Origin: Patescibacteria group bacterium
GTDB taxonomy: Bacteria > Patescibacteriota > Patescibacteriia > UBA2591 > UBA6264
Assembly (NCBI GenBank): GCA_016784145.1
Contig: JADHVF010000001.1
Span: 26,367-90,366 of the forward strand
Length of the DNA: 64,000 nucleotides
Direction: 5' to 3'
Part shown: in pieces, positions 50,098-59,214 of the stretch
How positions within the stretch are numbered: the first letter of the stretch is position 1
Layout of the letters: each line of letters opens with the position of its first letter
Notes under the pieces: generated by a model
Databases searched by the model: none
What the model was told of the DNA's origin: nothing
What the model saw: the letters and a program-made list of their open reading frames with translations, nothing else
Translations under genes and position numbers: made by a program

Positions 50098-50628
50098 TTA
50101 TTGATTGACTTGTCTATTACGGAACATTCTTTGATGATTTTCATATTCTGGCATCACCTGAAATTTATACCTATTCATCATGCCGCCATTATATCTTTGA
50201 TAAAATTGTCTCATTGGGCGATGTTTAATCCAGAAAACATCAAGACCAGAATAATTTATTAACCAACCAGCTAATAAAATAGCCAAAATAAAACTAGTTG
50301 ATATCAAAACAAAATTTTTCTTATATGAAAAATCAAATTTTTTTAAAAGCCAGACACTAATTCCAATACCGATAATAGCTAAGCCAAGTGCCCACCAAGG
50401 GAAACTTGCTAATAGTTGTTGGTAATGAAATTCTTTCATTCGGCCATGTGTCCGCCAGGAAAATGTTACTAAACTTATTGAAAATATTGTTAAAATAGCA
50501 ACTCCAGTTAAACCAGTAATCATGGTTAGTGAATTTAAAACAAATTGCCATTTTGGTTTTATTTTAATTTTCTTTTTTTTAATTAAAGACATTACATTTT
50601 GTTGTATTTTGTCTATTTTTTTTGACAT
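50098..50628 (-). CDS. 3-TM membrane protein, putative anti-sigma factor
   Basis: Overlaps the ECF sigma 3' end; three TMs. Confidence 0.6.
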   Translation of the reverse strand: MSKKIDKIQQNVMSLIKKKKIKIKPKWQFVLNSLTMITGLTGVAILTIFSISLVTFSWRTHGRMKEFHYQQLLASFPWWALGLAIIGIGISVWLLKKFDFSYKKNFVLISTSFILAILLAGWLINYSGLDVFWIKHRPMRQFYQRYNGGMMNRYKFQVMPEYENHQRMFRNRQVNQ

Positions 50629-51155
50629 ATTTTTTTCATTAAAATTTTAGCTCGCTTAATTCTTGTCCCGACTGTATTAACTGGCACTCTCAAAATATCA
50701 CTAATTTCTGAATATGATTTTTCTTCTATAAAAAATAAAGTTAATGGTTCGGAATATAAAAGAGGGATTTGAGATAAGCAATTGTGTATCATTGCTTGTA
50801 TTTCTTTTTTAGTAAATTCCATTTCAATATCTTCTTCGCTTTTAAAATCCATCTTGTCTGTTATTGGTAGTTCGTATTTATTTTTTTTAATAGCATTAAT
50901 TGCTTCGTTATGAACAATTCTATATATCCATGAAGAAAATTTTTTCTTTATATTAAAATTATTTAAGTTAATAAATGCTTTAATGAAAGAATTTTGTACA
51001 ATATCAGCAGCATCATCATTGTCATTGATTAGGTAATTAGAATATCTAATAAGTTTATTTTGATATCTGTTTATTATCTGACTATAAGCTTCTTCGTCTT
51101 TTGTACGGACATATTCTATTATTTGTTCGTCTGTCATTTTTTTTAATTCTTTCAT
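50613..51155 (-). CDS. ECF-family RNA polymerase sigma factor
   Basis: DAADIVQNSFIKAF, FSSWIYRIVHN, SYSEISDIL.VPVNTV.TRI.RA. Confidence 0.93.
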   Translation of the reverse strand: MKELKKMTDEQIIEYVRTKDEEAYSQIINRYQNKLIRYSNYLINDNDDAADIVQNSFIKAFINLNNFNIKKKFSSWIYRIVHNEAINAIKKNKYELPITDKMDFKSEEDIEMEFTKKEIQAMIHNCLSQIPLLYSEPLTLFFIEEKSYSEISDILRVPVNTVGTRIKRAKILMKKICQKK

Positions 51156-51186
51156 TCTTTTGATTTTTATTTAAAAAGTTTAAATA

Positions 51187-51217
51187 CACAAAACTCCAAT
51201 TTTTTTGGAGTCTTGTG
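51187..51217 (-). terminator. Hairpin downstream of the 51241..51690 gene
   Basis: cacaaaactccaa-tttt-ttggagtcttgtg. Confidence 0.5.
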
Positions 51218-51240
51218 CCTTAATTAAACCATGGAATTTT

Positions 51241-51690
51241 TTAATTGTTCAAGGTTTTGTATCCGTGCTCAATATTCATGTGTTCAAAATTACATTCGTC
51301 CTCGCATGATTCATGATCGTGTCTTCCTTGGTCATATCCTCGGTGCATTCCTCGTCCAACTCCTAATCCTAATTCGGCTCGTATTTCATTAGCCCCTTCA
51401 ATGTCTCCTTGTTCTCTAAGATTATGCATGTCTGCGAAAAGGTGAAAATTTTCTTCATTGACAATATCTTTTACTATTCCTTTGCCTGTCATTAACTCGA
51501 GCCAGGCATTATAATCGTTATTAGCGAATGCTTCTTCCATTGCTTTGTGTCTGTCAGGAGTACAGTCAGACCCCCTAAGAGCACTATCGCTATAATATGA
51601 TGCAGAACTAAAGCTAGTTGTTGTCAATCCTACCACAATACCCATTAAGGCAAAAGCAGAAATAGAAATTAGAATTTTTTTAGTACTCAT
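51241..51690 (-). CDS. Hypothetical secreted protein with a His/Cys-rich tail
   Basis: Signal-like N-terminus; DYNAW and A.EIRAELG motifs. Confidence 0.7.
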   Translation of the reverse strand: MSTKKILISISAFALMGIVVGLTTTSFSSASYYSDSALRGSDCTPDRHKAMEEAFANNDYNAWLELMTGKGIVKDIVNEENFHLFADMHNLREQGDIEGANEIRAELGLGVGRGMHRGYDQGRHDHESCEDECNFEHMNIEHGYKTLNN

Positions 51691-51825
51691 ATTATTTTTA
51701 TATTTATTTATTAATAATTATCGACCTTTCTGATTATTATACAATAGAAAGATCGTTTTTATTTCATTTTAATAATTTATAATTTTAGATTTATTTGTAA
51801 GCATATGGTTTCAAAAAATATATAA

Positions 51826-51909
51826 TGCCAGAGGAGGGACTCGAACCCACAAGCCCGTAAAGGCATACGGCTCTGAACCGTACGTGTTTACCAATTTCAC
51901 CACTCTGGC
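51826..51909 (-). tRNA. tRNA-Leu(CAG)
   Basis: Reverse complement GCCAGAGTGGTGAAATTGGTAAACACG-TACGG-TTCAGAG-CCGTA, long variable arm, GGTTCGAGTCC, CTCTGGCA. Confidence 0.95.
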
Positions 51910-51934
51910 TATATATTAGTTATTGATTATTATT

Positions 51935-53638
51935 TTATTTAATGACTCTTTTTGTTTGAATATACCATTTTTCAATTTCAATAAATCGGTCTTTTGAAAA
52001 CCTTAGATTGCCCGTTTGTATATCTTTTATTCTATGGTCAACTGCATAAGTGTAAGTAGGATTATAAAGAAATATAGTTGGGGCATTTAATGAGATTATT
52101 GTTTGAAATTCATTATAATATTCTTGCTTTTTATTTTTATCCTTAGTTATATTTGCCTTTTCAAGTAATTCGTCAATTCTTCGGTTGCTAAATCCAGACA
52201 AATTAAGTCCAGGAGAATTTGATTGAGAGGAGTGCCAAAAAGCATAAGGATTAGTCTTAAAATTTTCTAAAATTCCAAAAATTAAACAATCAAAATCCCT
52301 GGCAGTAATTATTTCTCTTGTTTGTTCAGGAGAAAGAATGGTTAACTTTGTTTTAATCCCATTGTTTTCCCATGTTTTTTGTATTATTTCGGCTGTCAGG
52401 CGGTGTTCAAAAGTATTGATAGTTTTTATGTCTATTTTTAAAATTTCATTATTTTTTTGCCAGAAGCCTTGTTCATTAATTTTCCATCCATTTTGTTGCA
52501 GTTCTTGTTCTGCTAATCCTTGATTATGAGGATATTTTGTTATACTTGAATTAAAATAATCAGAGCTTGGTAATATTGGTCCGTTAATAATAATTCCATT
52601 ATTATTAAAAACCTCTTCGGCTATTTTTTCTTTTGGCGTTAGATATGATAATGCCTTTCTAATTGTTTTTTCTTTTAATATTGAGTCATCTCTGTTGTTC
52701 AAAAACATGGCACTATAATATGGTAAATTGAATTGATGATAATTTATGTTTTTATTTTGTTCTATTTCTCCTTTCATTTCTCTGGCTAGATATCCTAGTC
52801 CATTTATTTGTTTATTATTTATTGCTTGTTCGGCAATTTCAAAGCTTGGAAAAAATTTGAAAATTATTTTTTCTAAATATGCTGGCTGGTTATAATAATT
52901 ATCATTTCTTGTAAATTCATATGACTTTATGTTCTCGTGTGTATCTTTGGTCAAAGATGAAAATTTAAATAAGCCACTGCCAACAGGTTTTATATTAAAC
53001 TCTGTCTGACCGAAGTTTTCAGCTGGTATTTGTTCCCAGATATGTTTGGGGAGAATTTTAAAAGTTAGATATTCTTCAAAATCAAGTAATTCTTGTTCAG
53101 ACGAAAATTCTACACAATTTTCGTTTATTATTGATATTTTTACATTTTTAAATATTCTAGCTAAAGGATTTTGTGGGACAGATTGTTTTATGAAATTAAA
53201 AGTAAAGATAACATCATCAACAGTCAGTTTTTTGTTGTCGTGCCACAAAATGTCATTTTTTAGACAGGTTGTGTATTTTTTCTTGTCAAAATTTATGTAT
53301 AATTCTTTGGCCAAATCATTAATTGGTTCCAATTTTTTATTATATTTTAAAAGTCCTGAGAAAATTAATTTTGATAAAGATAAATCAACCTCATTATTTG
53401 ATAGAATTGGATTAATTATATTTGGTTGGCCAACAATTCCTTCTATATATGTACCACCGCTGACTGATTTTACTTCTGATTTAATAAAATAAACTCTAGC
53501 AATAAGAAAAAAAAGAGATATAAATCCAATTATTGATAATAAAAGAATAATCTCTTTTTCTTTGGTTGTTAAAAATTTGTTCAAATATTTAATTTTTTTT
53601 AATACAGGTAGTTTAAATTTAAAATACTTGGCAAGCAT
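51935..53638 (-). CDS. Family 5 (peptide/nickel) ABC substrate-binding protein
   Basis: GGTYIEG, INPI, IFSGL, WHD...TVDDVIFT, PVGSG.F. Confidence 0.9.
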   Translation of the reverse strand: MLAKYFKFKLPVLKKIKYLNKFLTTKEKEIILLLSIIGFISLFFLIARVYFIKSEVKSVSGGTYIEGIVGQPNIINPILSNNEVDLSLSKLIFSGLLKYNKKLEPINDLAKELYINFDKKKYTTCLKNDILWHDNKKLTVDDVIFTFNFIKQSVPQNPLARIFKNVKISIINENCVEFSSEQELLDFEEYLTFKILPKHIWEQIPAENFGQTEFNIKPVGSGLFKFSSLTKDTHENIKSYEFTRNDNYYNQPAYLEKIIFKFFPSFEIAEQAINNKQINGLGYLAREMKGEIEQNKNINYHQFNLPYYSAMFLNNRDDSILKEKTIRKALSYLTPKEKIAEEVFNNNGIIINGPILPSSDYFNSSITKYPHNQGLAEQELQQNGWKINEQGFWQKNNEILKIDIKTINTFEHRLTAEIIQKTWENNGIKTKLTILSPEQTREIITARDFDCLIFGILENFKTNPYAFWHSSQSNSPGLNLSGFSNRRIDELLEKANITKDKNKKQEYYNEFQTIISLNAPTIFLYNPTYTYAVDHRIKDIQTGNLRFSKDRFIEIEKWYIQTKRVIK

Positions 53639-53648
53639 TTTAATAAAA

Positions 53649-53864
53649 TTAAATAATTAAACGAACAATTCCTAAAACAAGAAATGAAACAGATAATACA
53701 ATTGTTGTTCTAAATATTATTTTTTCAGCTCCTCTCTTGGTGTGATATACTTCGCCACCACCACCCATTAAACTAGATAATCCGCCTCCACGTGATTGCA
53801 AAAGTACTCCAACTATAAGGAGAAAAGAAACAATAATTTGTGTTATGCTTAATATTTTTTCCAT
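53649..53864 (-). CDS. secG: Preprotein translocase subunit SecG
   Basis: VLLQSRGGGL, RGAEK, two TMs. Confidence 0.92.
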   Translation of the reverse strand: MEKILSITQIIVSFLLIVGVLLQSRGGGLSSLMGGGGEVYHTKRGAEKIIFRTTIVLSVSFLVLGIVRLII

Positions 53865-53879
53865 GATATATAAATTTTA

Positions 53880-54701
53880 TCACTTTTTAAAATTTTGTAA
53901 ACTCTTTGAAGATGAAATTAGTAAATTTTTAAATAAATAAGCAATAGTTAATGGACCAACTCCGCCAGGAACGGGGGACAAATAAAGATTGCTTGTTTTC
54001 TCACTTGTATCAACATCCCCAAATATTTTTTGCTGTCTTCTAGTAAATCCAACATCAATGATAATAGAGTTGTTTTTTAACATGGCTGGTTTTATTATTT
54101 TAGGAATACCAAGTGCACTTACTAATATATCTATTTTTTTGAAATCTTTAGTAAGTTGTTTTATGTTGTGAGTTAAGCTTTTGTAAAGAGATTGAGCTTG
54201 TTTTTCTTCAAATAACTTTACCAAGGGTCGGACAAAAATAGGGTTTTTAGACAAAATAACAAACTTCTTATTTTTAACTGACTTGTTAGTAGATTTAATT
54301 AATTCAATAATTGCTTGATGAACTGGTGATACAAATTTTGTTTTGGAATGAAAGCCATCAATGTCTTTGAAAGGAGAAATTTTAGCAACAATTTTTGAGG
54401 CATTTAATTTTTTGGGCAAAGGCATTTGAACTATAATTCCATGAATTGCTTTGTCTTTATTTAATTGTTCAATTAATTTTAATATTTTTATTTGAGTTAC
54501 ATCATATGAAAAAGAAATTTTTTTAAAATTAACATTTATTCGTTTAGCAAATTTTTCTTTTAATTTTGTATAAATAATTGATGAAGGATTTTTACCAATT
54601 AAAATCACAGCCAAGCCAGGTCGAAGATTATTTTTAGCAATCTTTTTTTTTAGATTTGTTTCAATTTTGTTAGCCAGTTTTTGGCCATCTAATATTTTCA
54701 T
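53880..54701 (-). CDS. folD: Methylene-THF dehydrogenase/cyclohydrolase
   Basis: ILDG, GIIVQMPLP, KDIDG, IDVG, PVPGGVGPLT. Confidence 0.93.
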   Translation of the reverse strand: MKILDGQKLANKIETNLKKKIAKNNLRPGLAVILIGKNPSSIIYTKLKEKFAKRINVNFKKISFSYDVTQIKILKLIEQLNKDKAIHGIIVQMPLPKKLNASKIVAKISPFKDIDGFHSKTKFVSPVHQAIIELIKSTNKSVKNKKFVILSKNPIFVRPLVKLFEEKQAQSLYKSLTHNIKQLTKDFKKIDILVSALGIPKIIKPAMLKNNSIIIDVGFTRRQQKIFGDVDTSEKTSNLYLSPVPGGVGPLTIAYLFKNLLISSSKSLQNFKK

Positions 54702-54703
54702 AT

Positions 54704-55906
54704 TTATTTAGTTAATTTGCTAACTCTTTTTTTGACTTCTTTTAAAATTTTTTTATTATCAATATTATAAATAACCTTAGCAATTAATTTTCCAATAATT
54801 TTCATTTCTTTTTCCCTAAAGCCCATGGTTGTTAGGGCAGGAGTGCCTAACCGGATGCCAGTAGGATTAAAAGGATTTTGCTTGTCATAAGGAATTATAT
54901 TTTTATTGACATAAATGTTTGTTTTTTCTAGGGCAAGTTCTGCTTGCTGACCAGTTATATTTGTGTTTATTAAATTAATTAAAATTAAATGATTATCAGT
55001 GTTATTTGAAATTAAATTTAATCCCTGTCTTTTCAGCTCTTGTGCTAATGCTTTGGCATTTTTAACAACTTGCTTGGCATATTTTTTAAAATTAGGTTGA
55101 CTGGCTTCTTTTAGGGCTACAGCAATACCAGCCATGGTGTTATTATGAGGACCTCCTTGCATGCCTGGAAAAATCATTTTATCTATTTTTGCAGCATATT
55201 TATGCTTGCACATAATTATTGCTCCTCTGGGGCCTCTTAATGTTTTGTGGGTGGTAGTTGTAATAATATCTGTATATGGAGCAGGGGATGGGTGACATTG
55301 TCCAATGATCAATCCAGCAATATGCGAGATGTCTGCCATTGAAATTGCTCCTATTTTTTTGGCTATTTGATGAAAGCGTTTGAATTTTATAATCCTAGGA
55401 TAAGCAGTTGCTCCTGAAATAATTATTTTTGGTTTGTGCTTGATTGCTAATCTTTCTACTTCATCATAATTAATTAAATGGGTCTTGGGATCAACATTGT
55501 ATTGGATGAAATCAAATATTTTGCCAGATAAATTAACCTTATGACCGTGAGTTAAATGCCCGCCACCAGATAAACTCATGCCCATAATTTTATCACCTGG
55601 TTTTAATAGGGCAAAATAAACGGCCAGATTAGCTGGCGAACCAGAATAGGGTTGGACATTGGCATGTTGGACATTGAATATTGCTTTTGCTCGTTCAATG
55701 GCAACTTGCTCGATTTTATCAATAAATTGATTGCCAGTGTAATATCTTTTTTGAGGATATCCTTCAGAATATTTATTGCTTAAAATAGAGCCAATTGTTT
55801 TTAATACATTGTTAGAAACAAAATTTTCAGAAGCAATTAAAACCAGTCCATTTGTTTGGCGTTGTTTTTCTTGTTTAATCAATTTTTGTATTTTTAAATC
55901 AGCCAT
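54704..55906 (-). CDS. glyA: Serine hydroxymethyltransferase
   Basis: LIASEN, NKYSEGYP, GGHLTHG, TTTHKTLRGPRG. ATG 55906 lies just behind TTGACA-N17-TATTAT. Confidence 0.97.
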   Translation of the reverse strand: MADLKIQKLIKQEKQRQTNGLVLIASENFVSNNVLKTIGSILSNKYSEGYPQKRYYTGNQFIDKIEQVAIERAKAIFNVQHANVQPYSGSPANLAVYFALLKPGDKIMGMSLSGGGHLTHGHKVNLSGKIFDFIQYNVDPKTHLINYDEVERLAIKHKPKIIISGATAYPRIIKFKRFHQIAKKIGAISMADISHIAGLIIGQCHPSPAPYTDIITTTTHKTLRGPRGAIIMCKHKYAAKIDKMIFPGMQGGPHNNTMAGIAVALKEASQPNFKKYAKQVVKNAKALAQELKRQGLNLISNNTDNHLILINLINTNITGQQAELALEKTNIYVNKNIIPYDKQNPFNPTGIRLGTPALTTMGFREKEMKIIGKLIAKVIYNIDNKKILKEVKKRVSKLTK

Positions 55907-55991
55907 TTGTTTAATAATAAAATAAAAGTAGGGTTTTGTCAATTTTAGATAATCTTTACTTTTATTGAATTTTTTGCTATTGTAAATATAT

Positions 55992-56063
55992 GGCCCTGTC
56001 GTCTAATGGTCAGGACGCATGATTCTCAATCATGTAACAGGGGTTCGACTCCCCTCAGGGCTA
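55992..56063 (+). tRNA. tRNA-Glu(CTC)
   Basis: GGCCCTG/CAGGGCT acceptor, CATGA-TTCTCAA-TCATG anticodon arm, GGTTCGACTCC. Confidence 0.95.
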
Positions 56064-56082
56064 CTTAAAAATTAATAATTTT

Positions 56083-56280
56083 ATGGAAAACAAAAAAAAG
56101 GCCTCTATTTCAGAAAAGCAGAATAAAAAAAAGAAAATTAAAATCAAGGATTTTTTTGATAATAATCCTACATTATGGAAAGTTGTTTGGGAATTTTATT
56201 GGAGAATGGTTGTTATAGGCATTTGTCTTGGTATGGTTGTAATGATTGTATTTTCTGTTTTAGGGATGTTATTTAATTAA
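56083..56280 (+). CDS. Hypothetical small membrane protein
   Basis: Lys-rich N-terminus and a C-terminal TM. Confidence 0.5.
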   Translation: MENKKKASISEKQNKKKKIKIKDFFDNNPTLWKVVWEFYWRMVVIGICLGMVVMIVFSVLGMLFN

Positions 56281-56430
56281 TTAAAAAGTAAACATAAATT
56301 TAAAAAGAGAAAAATTTTATCGTGGATTATTTTTTGAGAGTGCTATTTATTACATTTTTCTTGGTATTATTTTTTTAGTTTATAAATAAATTCATAAAAA
56401 TAAGCATAATAAATAATTGATATAAATATT

Positions 56431-56841
56431 ATGAATTTTGAAAAAATAGGGCAACCAGATGGAAACCAAGAGAAAAAAAAAGAAGAAAAGAATAAAAAAA
56501 GATTTTTTAAAGATCTTGTTAATAAAATGATGCCAGAAAAAGGGATTGATGTTAATATAGAAGAATTGCCAAATGTTGTTGGCCTAGAAATTGATAAATT
56601 AAGAAAGCATTATAATAAAGCTAATGAAAATGGCCTAATTCATTTAAGAGACATAAAAAAATTTGATTCAAGTGATGACAGGATTGTTAAGTATAAGATA
56701 TGGGTGCACATTGATAAGCATGATGATCATGGAAAGGGATATATAGGAAGTGAACACAAGACTTATGAGGCAGAAGTGAAAGATGGTGTTCTTGTAAGAT
56801 TTAATCAAGTATCCTCATTTTTTAGAGGGTCTAACTGGTAA
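56431..56841 (+). CDS. Hypothetical protein
   Basis: 136-aa ORF with no recognised motif. Confidence 0.6.
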   Translation: MNFEKIGQPDGNQEKKKEEKNKKRFFKDLVNKMMPEKGIDVNIEELPNVVGLEIDKLRKHYNKANENGLIHLRDIKKFDSSDDRIVKYKIWVHIDKHDDHGKGYIGSEHKTYEAEVKDGVLVRFNQVSSFFRGSNW

Positions 56842-56871
56842 AAAATTTATTTAGTACAATTGAATAATTAA

Positions 56872-56980
56872 ATTATTAAGAAAGCAGGGTAGGGAACTGA
56901 CCCAATGATCCTGCTAGCAACCCTTAAAATAATTTTTTAAGAAGGTGCTAATTTCAGCCCTAAAATAGGGGAAGATAAAG
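56872..56980 (+). ncRNA. SAM-I (S-box) riboswitch
   Basis: TTATTAAGA...AGGGAACTGACCCAATGA...GCAACC...AAGGTGCTAATTTCAG...GAAGATAA, directly upstream of metK. Confidence 0.88.
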
Positions 56981-56997
56981 GTCTATTATTTGTTTAT

Positions 56998-57023
56998 CTC
57001 TTTCCTCTAGGAAAGAGCTTTTT
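56998..57023 (+). terminator. Riboswitch expression-platform terminator
   Basis: ctctttcc-tcta-ggaaagag-cttttt between the aptamer and the metK start. Confidence 0.8.
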
Positions 57024-57036
57024 AAATTAAAAACAT

Positions 57037-58191
57037 ATGAAAAAATATTTAACATCAGAGTCTGTAACAGAAGGACATCCAGATAAATTAGCAGATCAAA
57101 TATCAGATGCTATTTTGGATGTTTATCTGAGAAAAGATTTTAAGTCACGAGTTGCTTGCGAAACATTAATAACAAAAGATAATATTATTGTGGCTGGCGA
57201 AATTACTTCTAGTGCACAAGTAGATATTGAACAAATCGTTAAAAAAGTTGTTAATAATGTTGGCTATAATAATCCTGATTATGGTTTTGATATTAATAAT
57301 TGTGAGATTAGGGTATTTATTCAAAAGCAATCTCCAGATATTTCTCAGGGAGTTAATGCAATTAAATTAACAGCCATTGGGGCAGGTGATCAAGGATTAA
57401 TGTATGGCTATGCAACTAACGAAACAGATGAATACATGCCCCTGCCAATTGTTTTAGCGCATAAACTTACCAAACAATTAATGCTTATTAGAAAGAGTAA
57501 AAAATTGGCTTATTTAAGACCTGATGGAAAAAGTCAGGTAACAGTAGAATACAAGAATAATAAACCAAGCAAAATAAATAATATTGTCGTGGCAGCACAG
57601 CATAATCCTAAGATTGACATAAATCAATTAAGGGCAGATATTATTAAAAATGTCATTCAACCAGTTATTCCTCAAAAAATGTTTACTTCTAATATTAAAT
57701 ATTTTATTAATACCACGGGCCGTTTTGTATTTGGTGGTCCAGCAGCAGACACTGGTTTAACAGGACGAAAAATTATTATTGATACATATGGAGGAGCAGG
57801 TAGACATGGTGGGGGATGTTTTTCCGGAAAAGATCCAAGCAAGGTTGATAGAAGTGCTAGCTATGGAGCGCGTTGGGTGGCTAAAAACATAGTAGCCGCG
57901 GGGTTGGCAGATAAAATTGAAATACAGTTGGCCTATTCTATTGGTAAAGCTCAACCATTATCAATTAACATAGATACTTTTAATACTGCCAAGCTAGCAG
58001 ATGAAAAAATTATTAAAATAATAAACAAAGTATTTGATTTAAGACCAGGTATGTTAATTAAAGAACTTGATTTATTAAGGCCAATTTATCAGCCAACGGC
58101 TAAATACGGACATTTTGGCAGGGATGATTTGGATTTGCCATGGGAAAAGTTAAACAAGCTAAATTCAATTAATTCCTTATTAAGTAGATGA
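57037..58191 (+). CDS. metK: S-adenosylmethionine synthetase
   Basis: [42 protein letters not shown]. Confidence 0.98.
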   Translation: MKKYLTSESVTEGHPDKLADQISDAILDVYLRKDFKSRVACETLITKDNIIVAGEITSSAQVDIEQIVKKVVNNVGYNNPDYGFDINNCEIRVFIQKQSPDISQGVNAIKLTAIGAGDQGLMYGYATNETDEYMPLPIVLAHKLTKQLMLIRKSKKLAYLRPDGKSQVTVEYKNNKPSKINNIVVAAQHNPKIDINQLRADIIKNVIQPVIPQKMFTSNIKYFINTTGRFVFGGPAADTGLTGRKIIIDTYGGAGRHGGGCFSGKDPSKVDRSASYGARWVAKNIVAAGLADKIEIQLAYSIGKAQPLSINIDTFNTAKLADEKIIKIINKVFDLRPGMLIKELDLLRPIYQPTAKYGHFGRDDLDLPWEKLNKLNSINSLLSR

Positions 58192-58200
58192 AATAAAAAG

Positions 58201-58230
58201 AAAAGCCCTGTTTTTTAACAGGGCTTTTTG
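58201..58230. terminator. Bidirectional terminator, copy 1
   Basis: aaaagccctgtt-tttt-aacagggctttttg. Confidence 0.85.
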
Positions 58231-58242
58231 ATGAGAGATTTA

Positions 58243-58623
58243 TTAGCAAAGAATCACCTTATCAATCCTTTTAATATCTTGATCAGGAATTTTGTGTAGG
58301 TTTTTTATTTCCTTCCAAATACAGACCTGGACATGCTTGTTAGTGGTAATATTATAGTGGTTATCTTTCATTGCTAGAACTTTTTCTGGTACATTTTTAA
58401 GTGCTTCAGAAATTAATAATAGTTCTTTCTTATTCAGGTCTTCAAAGATACCATCTTCTGTTATTAAAAGGATGCACTTTAGGGCTAGATTATTATCTGG
58501 GTGTCTTGAAAAATAAGTGATTATTTTTTTCATAAATCTCTTTTTTTCATTGATTAACTCTATTAGCCCTTTAATTTTTAGGGCCATTTCTAGAGAGTGA
58601 ATCCCTGGAGTTTCCATAATCAT
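58243..58623 (-). CDS. Hypothetical protein
   Basis: 126-aa ORF with an AAAGGAGA Shine-Dalgarno-like motif upstream; true start probably ATG 58617. Confidence 0.55.
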   Translation of the reverse strand: MIMETPGIHSLEMALKIKGLIELINEKKRFMKKIITYFSRHPDNNLALKCILLITEDGIFEDLNKKELLLISEALKNVPEKVLAMKDNHYNITTNKHVQVCIWKEIKNLHKIPDQDIKRIDKVILC

Positions 58624-58732
58624 CTCCTTTTTTATTTTGATGTACTATGCATTAAGATATCATTTTTTAGTGTTTTTGTCAAGATATTACAAAGTCCTTG
58701 CTTTTTTTAGTATTTTTGCTATTATTATGAAT

Positions 58733-58996
58733 ATGAAGAAAATATTTGAAAATTTTGACAGAGAAAGTATTCCTGAAAAATTAACAGACAAAGAGGCAAT
58801 GGAGATTGTTAATAATATTCATGACAATAGATTGACTCTAGACAAAAATCATTCAGAATATTTTAATATTTTAATTAATGACAAGACAAATAGAAGCGCA
58901 AAAATTCTCAAAAGAAAATTTGTTTTACTAGAAAATAAAGATATAGTAAAAATAGAGGACTATTTAAGACAAGTATTAAGTGAAATTGATAAATAA
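58733..58996 (+). CDS. Hypothetical protein
   Basis: Probable start MKKIFENF behind an extended -10 (TGCTATTAT). Confidence 0.5.
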   Translation: MKKIFENFDRESIPEKLTDKEAMEIVNNIHDNRLTLDKNHSEYFNILINDKTNRSAKILKRKFVLLENKDIVKIEDYLRQVLSEIDK

Positions 58997-59066
58997 TTCT
59001 TTGTGAAAGAGAGGCCATGACAATCAATTTATTGAGACAAGGCCTATTAGCAAGATGATTAAAGAA

Positions 59067-59096
59067 AAAAGCCCTGTTTTTTAACAGGGCTTTTTG
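59067..59096. terminator. Bidirectional terminator, copy 2 (identical to 58201-58230)
   Basis: Exact 30-bp duplicate. Confidence 0.85.
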
Positions 59097-59214
59097 TTAT
59101 TGTGATGTCATTAAAATGGATTACGCGCTTGTTTTTTTGTTTTTTTTACTTTTTAGATTTTAATGAATTGGTCAATGTTAATAAAATTTATTTTAATATA
59201 TATATTGTCAATGT

